A DNA stretch of 64,000 bases, from assembly GCA_051362555.1 (NCBI GenBank), contig CM120645.1, positions 13,268,001 through 13,332,000 of the forward strand, given 5' to 3'. The notes beneath the pieces are model-generated. The model saw only the letters and a list, made by a program, of their open reading frames with translations, made no database searches and was not told the DNA's origin. The translations under genes were made by a program, and so were the position numbers. Below are positions 1 through 13,625 of the stretch, one piece after another. The DNA comes from Lingula anatina. Taxonomy: Eukaryota > Animalia > Brachiopoda. Each line of letters opens with the position of its first letter. The first letter of the stretch is position 1.

Positions 1-101
1 GGTATCTTATTGTTTTCTGTTGGAAGACAGTCAAAATTGGAGGATGAATCAATAAAGATAATTTGGAAGACTGTCAGGAAATAGCTCTGGATCTGCCCCT
101 G
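1..101. mobile_element. Right end of CAGGGG-terminus MITE (same family as 21536-21703), cut by window edge
   Basis: gaagacagtca...taatttggaagactgtcaggaaatagctctggatctgcccctg aligns by eye with 21604-21703. Confidence 0.65.
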
Positions 102-504
102 AGTTCAGGTGTGATATCAATGGGGAAAACAATGATATGATATTTTTAAACAGTATTGATTGAAGCAGGACTAGTTTCATACAAAAAGGAAAGATTAGTG
201 TAATATGCACTGTAGGTTAATTGGGAATCAAAAGCCCAAGATTTCAAACCCCATGGTTAATTTTTACTCATCAGTTAGCAAAAAGAAAGCATGACTTAAT
301 TTTACTAAACTACAATGTTTTTCAACCAAGATTAAAACTACAGAATAAAATATGACAATTTTTCCAAGACCAAGTATGGAGTTGGTCTTAATAAAAGAAT
401 ACTTATAAAGATATTATTGTGAGATATTACTGTGACCCAAAAGACGTCATTGTCAGAGTGGTATAAAAGAGGGTTTAACACAAATTAATATTTTATCATT
501 TCAG

Positions 505-3500
505 TTAAATCTAGGTGGAGAAGAGGCTAGACTCTGGTCTGGGTTAGAAAGACTAGAGATCAACCACAATGAACTAAGTGAGGTTCCCAAAGAGATAGGT
601 CTCCTGTCGTCTTTGACATCTTTAGATATTGGTCACAACTCAATACTTACTTTGCCAGATGAGATGGGAAGACTTAACAAGCTTTGGGAGGTAAGAGTGC
701 ATGTGCTTGCATGCTTGTGTGGTTTTTAGCATGTGTTTTGAACTTTGTAGAGGTTATCATGGCATTGTTTCTGTGCTATGAACTTAACTGATGACGTGCC
801 ACTAAAATTAGACTATTAGGATTTTCATCAAAAATTTTAAATAGTGTCAAAGATGAAATCTAGACAGATAATTGTAAAATTATTCCTGAAAGAATTTTTG
901 AAACTTTCACTAGTTCACTTGATGTGGAAACTTTCGAATGATATTAGCATATTCACATCTGTTACCAAGTCGGGCAGAATATCAGATCTAGTAATTCTTC
1001 TACATTTATATCAGTTAAAAGTTATTAAATTAGGCCACGAACCTATACTCTATTTATCAAAGTTGCTGCTAACCGGTTAGAGTAAAAGCTAATGGAGATG
1101 TAAAATATTTTTCTTCACTAGTTGAGATATGATAGACTGGAGCTAGATTTGCCCCAAGCCATACTGAAGGGGAGAACCAGGGACCTTATTGTCTACCTGT
1201 CTGAGAGACTGAGAAATGTAAGTAGTGACAGCACAAATAAAGAACACAGGTCTTTTAATTTAAAAATATTGGTATTGATATGTTATATAAATCAGCTGGA
1301 GATTAAAAAAAGAATTGACTGTGGTCATTTGTTGTTTAAACATGCATCCATTAACTTAATTCTTTATAATTCTTTAATATGAGTAATGGGTTATGAGTAA
1401 AAGGTGCATGATCAAGAATTCCTTGGTTGCAGCCCACTTCTGTGCTTATATATTCCACAGTAGTAATGATACATAATTTCCACTTTAAGATATGATATCC
1501 TATAGTTAAAAATCTGGTTATTCTTTGACTTGCCAGATAAATGAGAAGTTGTGAAGGAAAAGTTAAAATATTTTATAATTTTAAGCCAAATAAGAATAAA
1601 GATGTATAATATTAGCATAATTAAATTATTTGTAGCAAATGTTTTGTACTTAAGTTGGCCCAAAATTCAATGTGTTGAATATTACAGGCCTCAGAGCACT
1701 ATCGTATGAAGATGATGGTGGTGGGATATGCAGGGCGAGGGAAGTCCACGTTGATACGGACTCTGATGAAATTACCCCAACCAGACAAGAGTATAGCTAC
1801 AGTGGGGGTACAGGTGAAAGACTGGGAGTAAGTAGACTTCTTTGTGTGTGCACGTGTGTGTGTGTGTGTACAGTGTACGTGTTTGTGTAATAGTGTGTAG
1901 AAAATCATAGAGAATTATAAAAGAAACTTAAAAACTGGCACTTTACGCTGCCATACCAGTGACCAATTGAATTATTATAGGAATATCTACCCTATTCACT
2001 ACAGTGTATTATATGATTTATGCAATGTGCATTCTAAATGCAGTAAGGGATTTTTCCTAATGACTGGCAACTTTTATCAACTTAGTTTTCAACATTAGAG
2101 TTCCTCTCAACAATTTTTCCCTCTAAAAACATAATTTGGGACATTGATTAAGTTTCTACTGTATTGTACTGTTACAGGCTGCGCACAGGCCGTAGAAAGC
2201 CACCACACTACACACTGAGTACATGGGACTTTGCTGGTCAAGAAGAATTCTACAACACCCATCAGTGTTTTCTGTCCAACCGGTCACTCTATCTGGTCAG
2301 TCAAAGAGATACACTATATCCCTAAAATGCATAGATTCCATTCACCTTGGTTCACTCTTAATGTTAAATGAAAAAAAGCTTGGATTGTTTTAGATTGGAG
2401 CACAAGAATTTTTTTTTTTACCAAAAAACAAAAATGTAGAGAAATTGGTACAGCATGTTTGGATTAAGATATTGATTGATTCATGTCAGAATCTGCCTTT
2501 CACCATGTTGTTCATATATTTTGATGAACTGTGTCTTTGAATTGTTTGTCCTTAAAAACATGCATTAGTTACACTTCTTCAGAAAAAGACTTTGCAAAGA
2601 TAAATTGACTTGTAAATAAGATTAATTATAAAATGGTCATTCCTCTCCAGGTGGTCTACAACCTACAGATCGGCCCCTCTGAGGTGGAAACTTTGAGACC
2701 ATGGCTTCTGAACATCAAAGCCAGAGCTCCCCATAGCCCTGTTATTATAGTGGGAACACACAAAGATGGCCTTGCCAAAGGTATACATTTCTATTATCAG
2801 TGATTTATCAGTTTGTATATTTTTATGGGGAATAAGGATCTGGTGTGAGATTCTTAGGAAAAACCCAACACTGTCAGACTTCAAAGATGTCTACAAATGT
2901 TATACAAACTCTTTGGAACATCATCCAAAAGCTAAAAAGCAGCATCAGCTGATAAAAGACAGCAAGTTTGTTATGTTTTGATCACCAGGTTTCTCCATTC
3001 AGTGCCAAATATGATTATTTTCTATAACACTTGATTTGTTAAAACGGATTTTTGAAACTAGTCTGTTTATATTTATAGCAGCAAAATATATAATGTACCT
3101 AGTATATAGATAATAGTTAGTATTAGTGTTAGTATTAATTGTCAGTGTTGTAAAATACAAGAAAAAAGTGACAAAATCGAAGTTATTCATTTCAGATGAA
3201 AGAGAGCAAAAAATCAAAGAGATGCGAAGTCTGATTTCTGAGCTGTGCTGCAAGCCAGGTAATAAAGACTTATAATCAAGTCGAATTAGTTTGTTGTGAG
3301 AAAACGTCCTTGCTTGGAGGTATATGGTTCTTGAGAAAAGATACAAAGTGATGATGCCCCATATCTGAACAAAATCTTGAAAAAATAGATGTAAGGTCAG
3401 TTGTTGCGTCCTTTTTTTTTTTGTATATTCTAGCTAGTTTTGTATCTGACTGGGAATTGTATTTCTATTCCAGGCTTTCCTGATGTAAAAGCTGTGATAG

Positions 3501-3937
3501 AATTGAACTGTTGCTATGAGAGCAGTGACATAGAGCGACTGCGGGACAAGATAAAGGAGGCAGTGGAAGGGTGAGTGGCTTCATAATTTATGTATTTGTG
3601 CATAATTTTTGTTGTTTGCACAAAGCACTTAAAACAAAAAAATTAGTACTAAAGAAAATAATAGGAAAGATTCACTCTCATAGAAAGTAATATTCAATAC
3701 ACCGACAACATCACTTAAATGATTTATTTACAAGTGAATGACATTGTGTCTTTCTCTGTGCAAACTAAACCAGTTTTAAGGAAAATTAATTTTGTTTACT
3801 TACCTACATCAGTTTATCTTATAGTGCATGGGTGCTAGTCCATGAGAGTGTTACAAAGTGCAAGCTATGAAAAGTCTACATGTTATCAAATTCTACTTTT
3901 TCATCAAAAGACAATAATGAAGTTTAAGGGCTGCCCC

Positions 3938-3968
<31 letters not shown>

Positions 3969-4821
3969 AAAAAGAAAAAAAAAGATTTTATGCATCATTT
4001 GAAATTAGGTGCTCATAGTCCTGCTATTGGATTTCACTTATCACTAGTTTCTTTCTTTTTTTCTGTATTTATTAATAAATAAATTCATTTGTTATCAGGT
4101 TTAAGATCAAAGGTCAGCCAGTGATGGGACAGAAGATTCCAGAAAGTTTCATTGTAAGTTCAAAATAAAAAGGGTAGATGAATTTTAAGATAAAGAAACA
4201 AAAAGAAAATTAAAATTGAATAAAATCCCCAATAGATCATACTGGGTAGTAGTTGTACCTGCAGATAACTTAATAGTTAGTTGTCTAACCTCTGTGTGAC
4301 ATTAAAATTTATTTATTAAAGAATATGAACAAGAAAAGGAAATCTGATGATATAAATATAAAATTTAGAAGATTTATACCAGTTATAATGTAAGCAGCAT
4401 GTGATTGAAAATTTTCAGAAACTTGAAGAACTGGTATCTTACGAAGCCAAGGCACGTGCAACATTACCCGTCATCAAAGCTCAGACACTTCGCAAGATTA
4501 TCAAAGATGCCAACCTTGACCTGGACAATGAGGAATTAAAACAGGTCTGTTTTGTAGAATAATTTACAATATTTCTTTTCTTGGGTATCCTCATTTACTC
4601 ATATGTCTATTCCCTTGAACTACCTTCGTGTTACTGATAATTATACAAGATATTGAAACTGGGTGAAAGAAATCAACATGAAAAAAGCAGGACAGCAACC
4701 AGTATTTGAGAACAAAAAGCATTTTAATACTAACCTGAGAAAGTAGACATGCATTAATTGGTCCATTCAGTCAGCAGAACACTAAACTGGTATATATGTA
4801 TGTATGTAACATAGCACATGT

Positions 4822-4863
<42 letters not shown>

Positions 4864-7800
4864 ATGCTTTTGTGATTTTGATCAAATGATGTATGTATTT
4901 CCTTCATTTAGTGGCTTTGATTCATAAACCTAGAAATGGTTGTTCCCACAGCATCAAAGAACAGGAAGAATAGTGTGTTATACATGTGTAGTATTATTAC
5001 TGTAATTGATATTTTTCAGGCTGTCCGTTTCCTGCACGAGTCTGGCGTGATGCTGCACTACGAGGATGCCTCTCAACAGCTAGAGAACTTTTACTTCCTG
5101 GACCCCCAGTGGCTGGGGCGCATGATGGCACAGGTCATCACTGTTAGGGAGATCAACCCTTTCATTGACGAGAAGGGGGTGAGTTCATATTTTTCATCTG
5201 GACATATGATTTGAAAAGGGGCTACTTTTGGTGGTTTTTAGAAATCAAATATTGTTTTTTTCTTACGCTGCTTGTATATTGAAATTGAGTGTGTGTGATA
5301 TTTTTCAAAGAATCCTTTCTCTCTAAATGCTGATTAAGATGTGGGCATAGGCCATGTTTCTGAAATTATTTTAGTATTAAAAACAGTCCAGAAATCTTTG
5401 GAATAATTTCTTTTCTTCACATGCTGCTACATGTTTTATAAACTGCTATCATAAGCTTTGGCAGAATTTTATATATATATAAAAATTAAGGGCTCAACTC
5501 TTTTCATACATTTTATTTTTGTAGATCCTGCGTAAAACAGATATTAATTTGCTCTTCAATGGAAAGAGGTTTGAAAAGTTCAACTTTCCAACAAGCTTGA
5601 TACCCCAGTACCTGCGACTCTTGGAGAAGTAAGTGACTAATTGACATGCATTGACATTATATTATTATTCTGATGAGCGGTAGGGCTCAAGAGTTTAATA
5701 AATTTAAAAACTGAAAATAATATTAAGAGTAAGGTCATTTTTAGTCTGACCACCAGTGAATTAAGTGGCCAAGCAATTATCTTCTGTCACACATTTAGGC
5801 CAAACACGGCCTTACTTTCTAAGTGGCCAGGTCCAGATAACAATCAGTCAGAAGGTAATTGATTGAATAGCAAAAGGTGGACTTCTGCCAGCTTGCTTCT
5901 AATTGCCTATTAAATTGCTGAGAAGCACTTAAGGGTCCAAGGTAGAAAGAACAACTTTCTTGAAGTTCAGAACATATTTTAAAAGTTGATTTTAGGTTTT
6001 GGCATTATTTTGTCCTGAATGTGTGAAGGAGGAAAAGTGTTTTAACAAACACTCATACTTGGAATTTTTGTTAATGTTATTTATATTGGAAGTACATGTA
6101 GACATAAAGATTGCGGCAATTAAGCTTGAAATATTTCCATAAATTTCCAAAATAAGAACAATTAGACATCATTGTTCTGTTTTTTTGTTTAGGTTTGAAA
6201 TCATCTTACCACGTGGCAACGATGAATTCCTGATTCCATGTCGTCTGCCAGCGAAGAAACCACCAATCAGCTTCCCAGGATTGAGTGATGTCGTGGACAG
6301 CAATGGCAACAGGAAGCCAATACAAATCCAGCGCCAGTACGAGATGCCGTACATTCCACTTGGGTTCTGGTCCAGGCTAATAGCAAGACTTGTAGTGTTC
6401 ATTCCAAAAATGTCTGCTGTAAGTTTGTTCATTGTTGTTTTTATGAGACTGTAACATTGTAGTCTTGGAAAAATTAAATGAAACTTTTATTTATGCCAGA
6501 AATCATATACGTATTGAACAAAATTTTAATGTTTTCAGTAGTGTTTTGTAAAACAGTTTGACAAATGGAATGTATCATTATGATCTTCTGTTTCAGAATA
6601 ATCCAGACTCTGGGGTTGTCCCTGAGACAGTGTACTGGATAGAAGGCATATGTGTCTACTGGTCAGAGGTAAGAATACTACTATTACAATAAAAAGGTTC
6701 AGGAATTTTCTGACCTCCCTGTAGGGAAGAAACTGAAGGAGTTAGCTGATTGCTAATCCTGTTAAAAATGAAAAAATTGAAATAATATTGTCTGACAAGA
6801 TTTAAGGAAATTGATATAAAGATTTTAAGCTGCTGTGGATGATGGAGTACTATAGTTGTAATTTTATGTGAAAAAATGTTCAAAAATAATGTCCAGGCCA
6901 GGGTGCATGTGTTTTTATACACATTCTGTAACATCCATTTTTTTTCACAAATACATGTTGTTGTATTTATGTTAACTTTTATAACTGAGAGTTTTTCAGT
7001 TTTCATATTGGCACATACCTCTTTCATTTTTAAATTTATTGTTTTAAAATGCAGTACAAATCCTTGCTTTTTCAGCTATTGTACTTTATGATTGAGCCAT
7101 TCTGTAGAGATGGGCATGAGGTGGTGGTTATAACTGTGCCTCTCAGCAAGATGGGGACAAGGTATGTACAGCTTGTGACTCTTGTAGTTTTGCTGTTTTT
7201 TTTTTTTGTTTGTTTTTTTTTTAAGATACTGGTATTAGAACATGTTATTGTAATCAAAATCTCCTATATAAAGCACTTATTCTATGCAATTAGACCCCCC
7301 TAAAAAAGAAAATGATAGACATGCCTATTACAAGGTAATGTATATACACATTTTCGGGATTTTTTTCCTTTATTTTCAAGTATTTCCATCTATTGTTTGT
7401 TATGTGTTTAATAGTTGCCCTCCACATTAAAGTATTGTTATGGTGGCAACTCTGTTAACTACAACAAATTTATAATTCTTGTGAATTGGTACCAGTATTT
7501 AGAATATGTTAAGGAAAACTAATATTTGGAATCATTACTCCCCAGTGTGCTGGGACACATAGTGGACCACATTGACACCCTGATAGAGGAGTGGTACCCT
7601 GGTCTCACAGAGAAGTCTCCCACTGGATTAGAGCTGGTACAGAGAATAGTACCTTGTTCACAGTGCATAGGTAAGTCAGGGTGGTGATCTAGACAGGTAA
7701 ATATATGGGACACTGGGTAATGTTGGACATCAGTTGGGGAGACTGGAAATTGAAAATCAAACATTGCCAGCTATTACTGGAATGGCTATATATACTAGTA

Positions 7801-9212
7801 GACTATTCTTAATTCATTTTCATATTGACACTGTGCTTTTATCTCCCATCTAAATTAAATTTTAAAGTATATATTATTAGTTTTTATGATCATTATTGTT
7901 TTCAATGACTTATTGGAATTTTACACCTTTATTGATAAATCCATTTTCATGACATAATATTGAAAAATTAAATTACAGCATTTTCTAGGATATATGTACA
8001 TGAAGGTTGAAGGTATGCAACATCATATTTTGTCCCTTCTTGCTTTTCAGGTCCATCAATCCACCATTTTGTCCTGGATGACTTGGTCAGTCAGTCGGAG
8101 CTGGACGCATCAATGAACTGCCCCAACTGTGGGCCAGTGCCCCTGAGTAGACTGGTAAGTTAATAGAAAGACTGAGATAGGTTGTCTGTACATTTGTTAG
8201 CTATAGCTGGCTTGTTGTGTTTAAATCTTTACTGATCTCAGTGTAGAAGGTAGCTTTTAGTGCACTGAAAAGTTGTATGTTATATGTAAGTACTGATTGA
8301 TTTGTATTGACTTATTAAAAAATTATACTGATATGATTTAAGAAATTCAATTTAATCTATGTGATTTATTATTGGTTGTAGTGCTACATGTAGGTTGCCG
8401 AGTCCATACATTATCGTATGTACTGTGCATTATTTACAGAATCAGTGATTGTTATTTTTCAGGCTCCAGATGTGATATTTGCGGACTTGGAAGATCATTT
8501 TCAAATTGACCCACAGAGCTTTTTCTTTAACAAAAGGTATCTGTGCTGTCTTATTGTTGTTAAATGCAGTTAGTGTCTTTGTACTTGCCCAGGTACAAAT
8601 TGCAGAAGTGTTCCCTTATAAGCAAGAACTACTAGTATTGGTAGCAGGCTTAAGTTGGTATTGCTGTTTTGATCAGACATTTTAATGTATTTGGCCAGGA
8701 TGAATTGTAAAGGATGTGATGGAATAGTTAAAAAGATAAAAGAGTAAAAATAATATAAAAATATGAAAAAAAAAGTTTTTTATTCTATATCCAAACTACT
8801 TAGAATAGTTATGAGCCATATATTGGTGAAATTATAAAGTTAGTCTATTTTCTTGTTTTATATAATGGGGGCTTGAGACAACAGGATGTAAGAATTTAAC
8901 ATTTCCTTGGAACACAGTCAAATCTAAATGTGATAAAATGATGCAATTAAATACTGTAACACAATATTCACTCTACACTGAGCTCTTGCCTGAATTCTCT
9001 CACTCCTTTTTTCAGCCCAGAGTACTTACTTGGTGATGGTGGGTTTGGGTCAGTGTACAGAGCCAAATACAAGAATAAGGAGGTCGCTGTGAAGGTGTTC
9101 AATGCTGTAGGAGATATTCATCCACATAAGATGATGAGACAAGAGGTCAGTCTCAACTAATACAATGGTAACTGGGCCCATCTAACACAATTGTTATCTA
9201 TCTATCTATCTA

Positions 9213-9260
<48 letters not shown>

Positions 9261-12200
9261 TACGTATAGACTCCTACGAGTCTCACCTAATATATTGCTT
9301 GTTTGTTTGGCACATGCAGTCAAATACTGTTCTTTGTGGTAAGGGGGATGGTGACATCCATATTCAGAATGTTGTGATAGTGATTTGTTTGCCAGGCCTT
9401 TAGATGTAAGACATTTTTTATCGTTACTTCATTGCTCTATATACACTACATGGCTGATAGTATATTAAGCTCTCTTATGTATCTCCATGCTTGAAATTAG
9501 ATCAAAACTTCAAATTTGTTACAGTTATTCTCCAAAGTAATAGACCCATTGATTTAAGTCGAATACCTGTACATTATCTTTTGTTATATAAGGTGACTAT
9601 AATCCGTGAGCTGAACCACCCAAGTCTGATATCCATGGTAGCAGTGGGGGTCAACCCCAGGGCTATTCTGTTGGAGGTGGCCCCCTTGGGATCTCTTGGA
9701 TCATTGCTAAAAACAAGAACTCTGGGCAGAGCGGAACAACAAAGAATTGCTATGCAGGTAAAAACAGCAACTACCACAGAAACATTAGGTGTTTTTTTTC
9801 CTGTAAGATCATATGTCCAAAAAAAGAGTTTATATCTCTTCAGAAGAAAAAAGTGAACCAAAAATGGTAAGTGAAAATGGTTACATGGTCAAACAGAAGC
9901 AAATTTGGCACCCGTTCTACTGTATGTTCATTCACAATGTATTACCTTTAAGAACATTCTGTTTTTGTTTTGCTGTGTAACATGTCATTTGACACATCTT
10001 CTTGATACTAGGTGGCTGAGGGAATGGCTTATCTTCATCATAATATGATTATCTACAGAGACATGAAACCAGAGAACATCCTCATCTTTAACCTGGCTTT
10101 GGGACCCAATGTAGTGGTGAGTTTTGTACTATTATTCTTATGTCTTCTGTGTCTATAGTGTGACTTCCACCAGCATGGCCACTTGTGTTTTTGATGGGTG
10201 GGTTTCATGAAATGAACTTCTTACCAAAGTTGTTTTAAACTTTAAAAAGAATGGGAATTTCAGTCTACTGCAATTCATGATGAATTTGTAGTTTTTTACA
10301 TTGTTACAAAGCATTACACACCAGTCGATTTTAAAAGTGAAGCACTGTTACAACAAAGAGATTAATCTAGGTTCAAAGTAAACTTTTAAGTAATCTTTTA
10401 AAAAAGATTTCATCCTCAAGTTTTTAAAGAAATGATGTCATCTGACTGTTAATTGTCTAAAGTACGTATTAGTTATTTTAATATTGTCATCATATTAGTT
10501 ATTTTAATATTGTCATCATTAGAGGCAGGTGCACTTTCATATCAAAGGACAATGAAAAATAGCAAAAAAAAAAAAAAAAAAGAAGAAGTCTGACGTTCAT
10601 AGTTTCACATTTTCACTTCCAGATCAATGCCAAGATATCTGACTATGGAATCTCCAGGTTTGCGGCACCCTGCGGACTGAGGGCTTCTGAGGGTACCCCG
10701 GGATACAGGGCGCCAGAGGTGATCAGAGGGGAGGTTTATGGGGCACAGGTACGTGGAAATGGTCACGTGTTTGGTTCTTTGCACATGTGGATGTATGAGG
10801 ATAAGTTCATGTTATCTTGTAATTTTTTACACTTTTTGATATATGAGGATGAGTTGGAATTATCTTGTGTAATGTTTTACATTCGTGGGTGCATAAGAAT
10901 AAGTTAGAATTGTCTTGTAATTTTTTACACTTGTGTCTGAATTGTTGTGTATGCTGGTTTGTGCAGGTGTGCTCAAGATATGAATGTATCTGAAAATTAT
11001 AATCAAAGTACTGAATGAACTAAAACTGAATAATGGGCTAGTGAGCTCAATAGGAAAATGTTTACACATTGTATTAACCTTAAGTTGACAATAATGACAC
11101 TCGTAATGAGTTTTGAGTTGACAAGTGTTATAATCCTGGTTTTATACACCACCACCTTCTTGGAAGTAAGTTGAAAGATACTAACATTCATAATATGCCA
11201 TGGCAAATGGTTTACTGAATCCTCATTTAACCTCCAGTAAATGGGAAATGATTAAAAGTACTTCAGTACTGTCACCTGCAGTATATAGCACAGTTTGTGA
11301 CCCCAGTTTCAGCTTATCTGTGTGACATGATAAGTGGTCTGTGACTTTATGTCCACACGTTGTGCAATCAATGTCTGGAGTTGATGTTAATACTGCTTGA
11401 TAAAACTCCTACAGTTTTTTTTTTTCAATTAATTTATTTTTTAATTATTTATTTCACCTAAGCTTTCAATTCATCATGAGAAGTATTTGGGTAAAATAAT
11501 ATTTGTTTTGTAAATTGCTCTAACTTATTGTTTTCAATACCAACAATACCAGACTCATGAGCTTTTGGAAGACTCTAAGAGTTGATGTAAATGACCTAGA
11601 GGTTAAGCACACTTCTCACGGTTGTGATTTATAATAAGCATTTGGGCTGATGAACTTTAGCATAGTGCTTGCTCCTTTAACTGTCAGCTTATCTTCACAG
11701 CTGTTTGACTGATCCAGTTGCTGCCTGAACTCTGCTATTTGATAATATTTATAAAGGGTAAGAAGTAAGCTTGTACCCACTTGGTAAATGCAAAGATGGC
11801 AGCCTTCCATTTTATACAATATCTTCTAGTCATAAGCGTGACACTGGTACCCAGGGTAATCGATGGGGAGAAAATATTGATCTTTCCTTGCACTTATGTC
11901 TTCAACTCAAGAACGATGAATCTAGAGAAGATTTCCGTCATGCTTCGAGATCACGGTCACTCTGTTAGCATGCTGGTTGGCGACCGCTATAAACCTAAAA
12001 TGAACATATCTGGGATTGAGTTGATTGTGTACAAGATGCCTGAGCTTTGGGTAAATAAGGGAGGCGAATTGGACCTAAACACAACCATGAATTATGTCGA
12101 AAAGAATCCCATGCCTTTCGTTAAAGAGTTTGAAAAAGTGGACAACTTGTTAGCTGAAAATCTTTTGGAAGACCAGCAACTGGTGAAGCACCTCAAAGCA

Positions 12201-13579
12201 GCAGGATTTTCTCTCTTCTTTGTGGACATAAGCAATATGGCAGCCAATTATTTTTTGATGGAGTACTTAAACATTCCTAGCATAGCATACAACAACTTTG
12301 GTTTTTTTGACTCATGGTTTTGCTTCAACCAGCCTTATTTCCCATCGTTTATGCCTCATGTATTCACTGATTTTACTGATAACATGACATTCACAGAGCG
12401 ACTTCAAAATTTTGACCTTCTGATGGAAGCTGAAGATTGGGGTAATGAGAAAATAGAGACTATGGACAAACTGAAACAAAAATACCTTCCCAATGAAAAT
12501 TGGCCATCTGCTAGGCATACGTATCAAAGAATGTCTCTTATGATTGCTGCCAATGTCAATTTTGCCTTTGATTACCCAAGACCAGTCATGCCCCATGTCA
12601 AGCCCATCTCTGGACTCCTCTGGACGCCTCCAAAACCTCTTCCCAAGTTTTATGCCGACATAATGGCATCTGCCACTAAAGGAGTGATTTTGATGAGTTT
12701 TGGAACCTTAGTACCTACCTTGCCAAAAGACAAAGCAGAAATACTGGCCAAAGTATTTGCCAAACTTCCCCAGAAAGTGATATGGCGGTATCAGGGTGTT
12801 GCTCCCAAATTTCTTGGAAAAAACACTTACCTGGTTGACTGGTTTCCACAGAACGATCTTCTTGCCCACCCTGCCACTAAGCTGTTTATCACCCACTGTG
12901 GAGTAAGCAGCACATGGGAGACACTGTACCATGCAGTTCCTGTTGTGGCCATTCCATTACTTTGGGATCAGCAGCACCAGGCTCGAAAGCTGAAGGAACG
13001 TGCCAAGATTGGCGAAATTGTGGTCTTTAGTTCTCTCTCTGAGGAAGCATTAGAAACTGCTATCAACAAAGTTCTGAATGACAGGTCTTACAAGGAAAAT
13101 GCAGTTAGAATGTCCAAACTACTGCAAGATACTCCCATGTCAGGACAAGAAGAATTGTTATTTTGGGTTAACTATGTTATTCGGCACAATGGTACTCTTC
13201 ACTTTCACTCCCAGGCTGCTTACAGTTTAAACTGGTATCAGTACTATCTGCTGGATGTTATTGCTTATAAGTTGTTAGTGCAAGGTTTATGTTATGCCTT
13301 GTATCTCTTACTGGGTGTCATCTCCTGGAAGTTGTTGAAGAAAATCTTAACAATGTTTCAGAGGAAAAAACAGAAAGTGCAGTGATATGTGCTTATCATC
13401 AGTTAATTTCCAGAGTATCATAAAGATTTGCTTCAAATACTTTCAGAGAGATTACTTATTTTAAAGATTATGTTGAAGGAAATATCTATGTTTTCATTTC
13501 CATTTAAAAAGACATTAAATGAGCCAGGATTGTATAGGTTTATATTAAATAAAGTATAAATTAAAAAACAGTATTCTTG

Positions 13580-13625
<46 letters not shown>

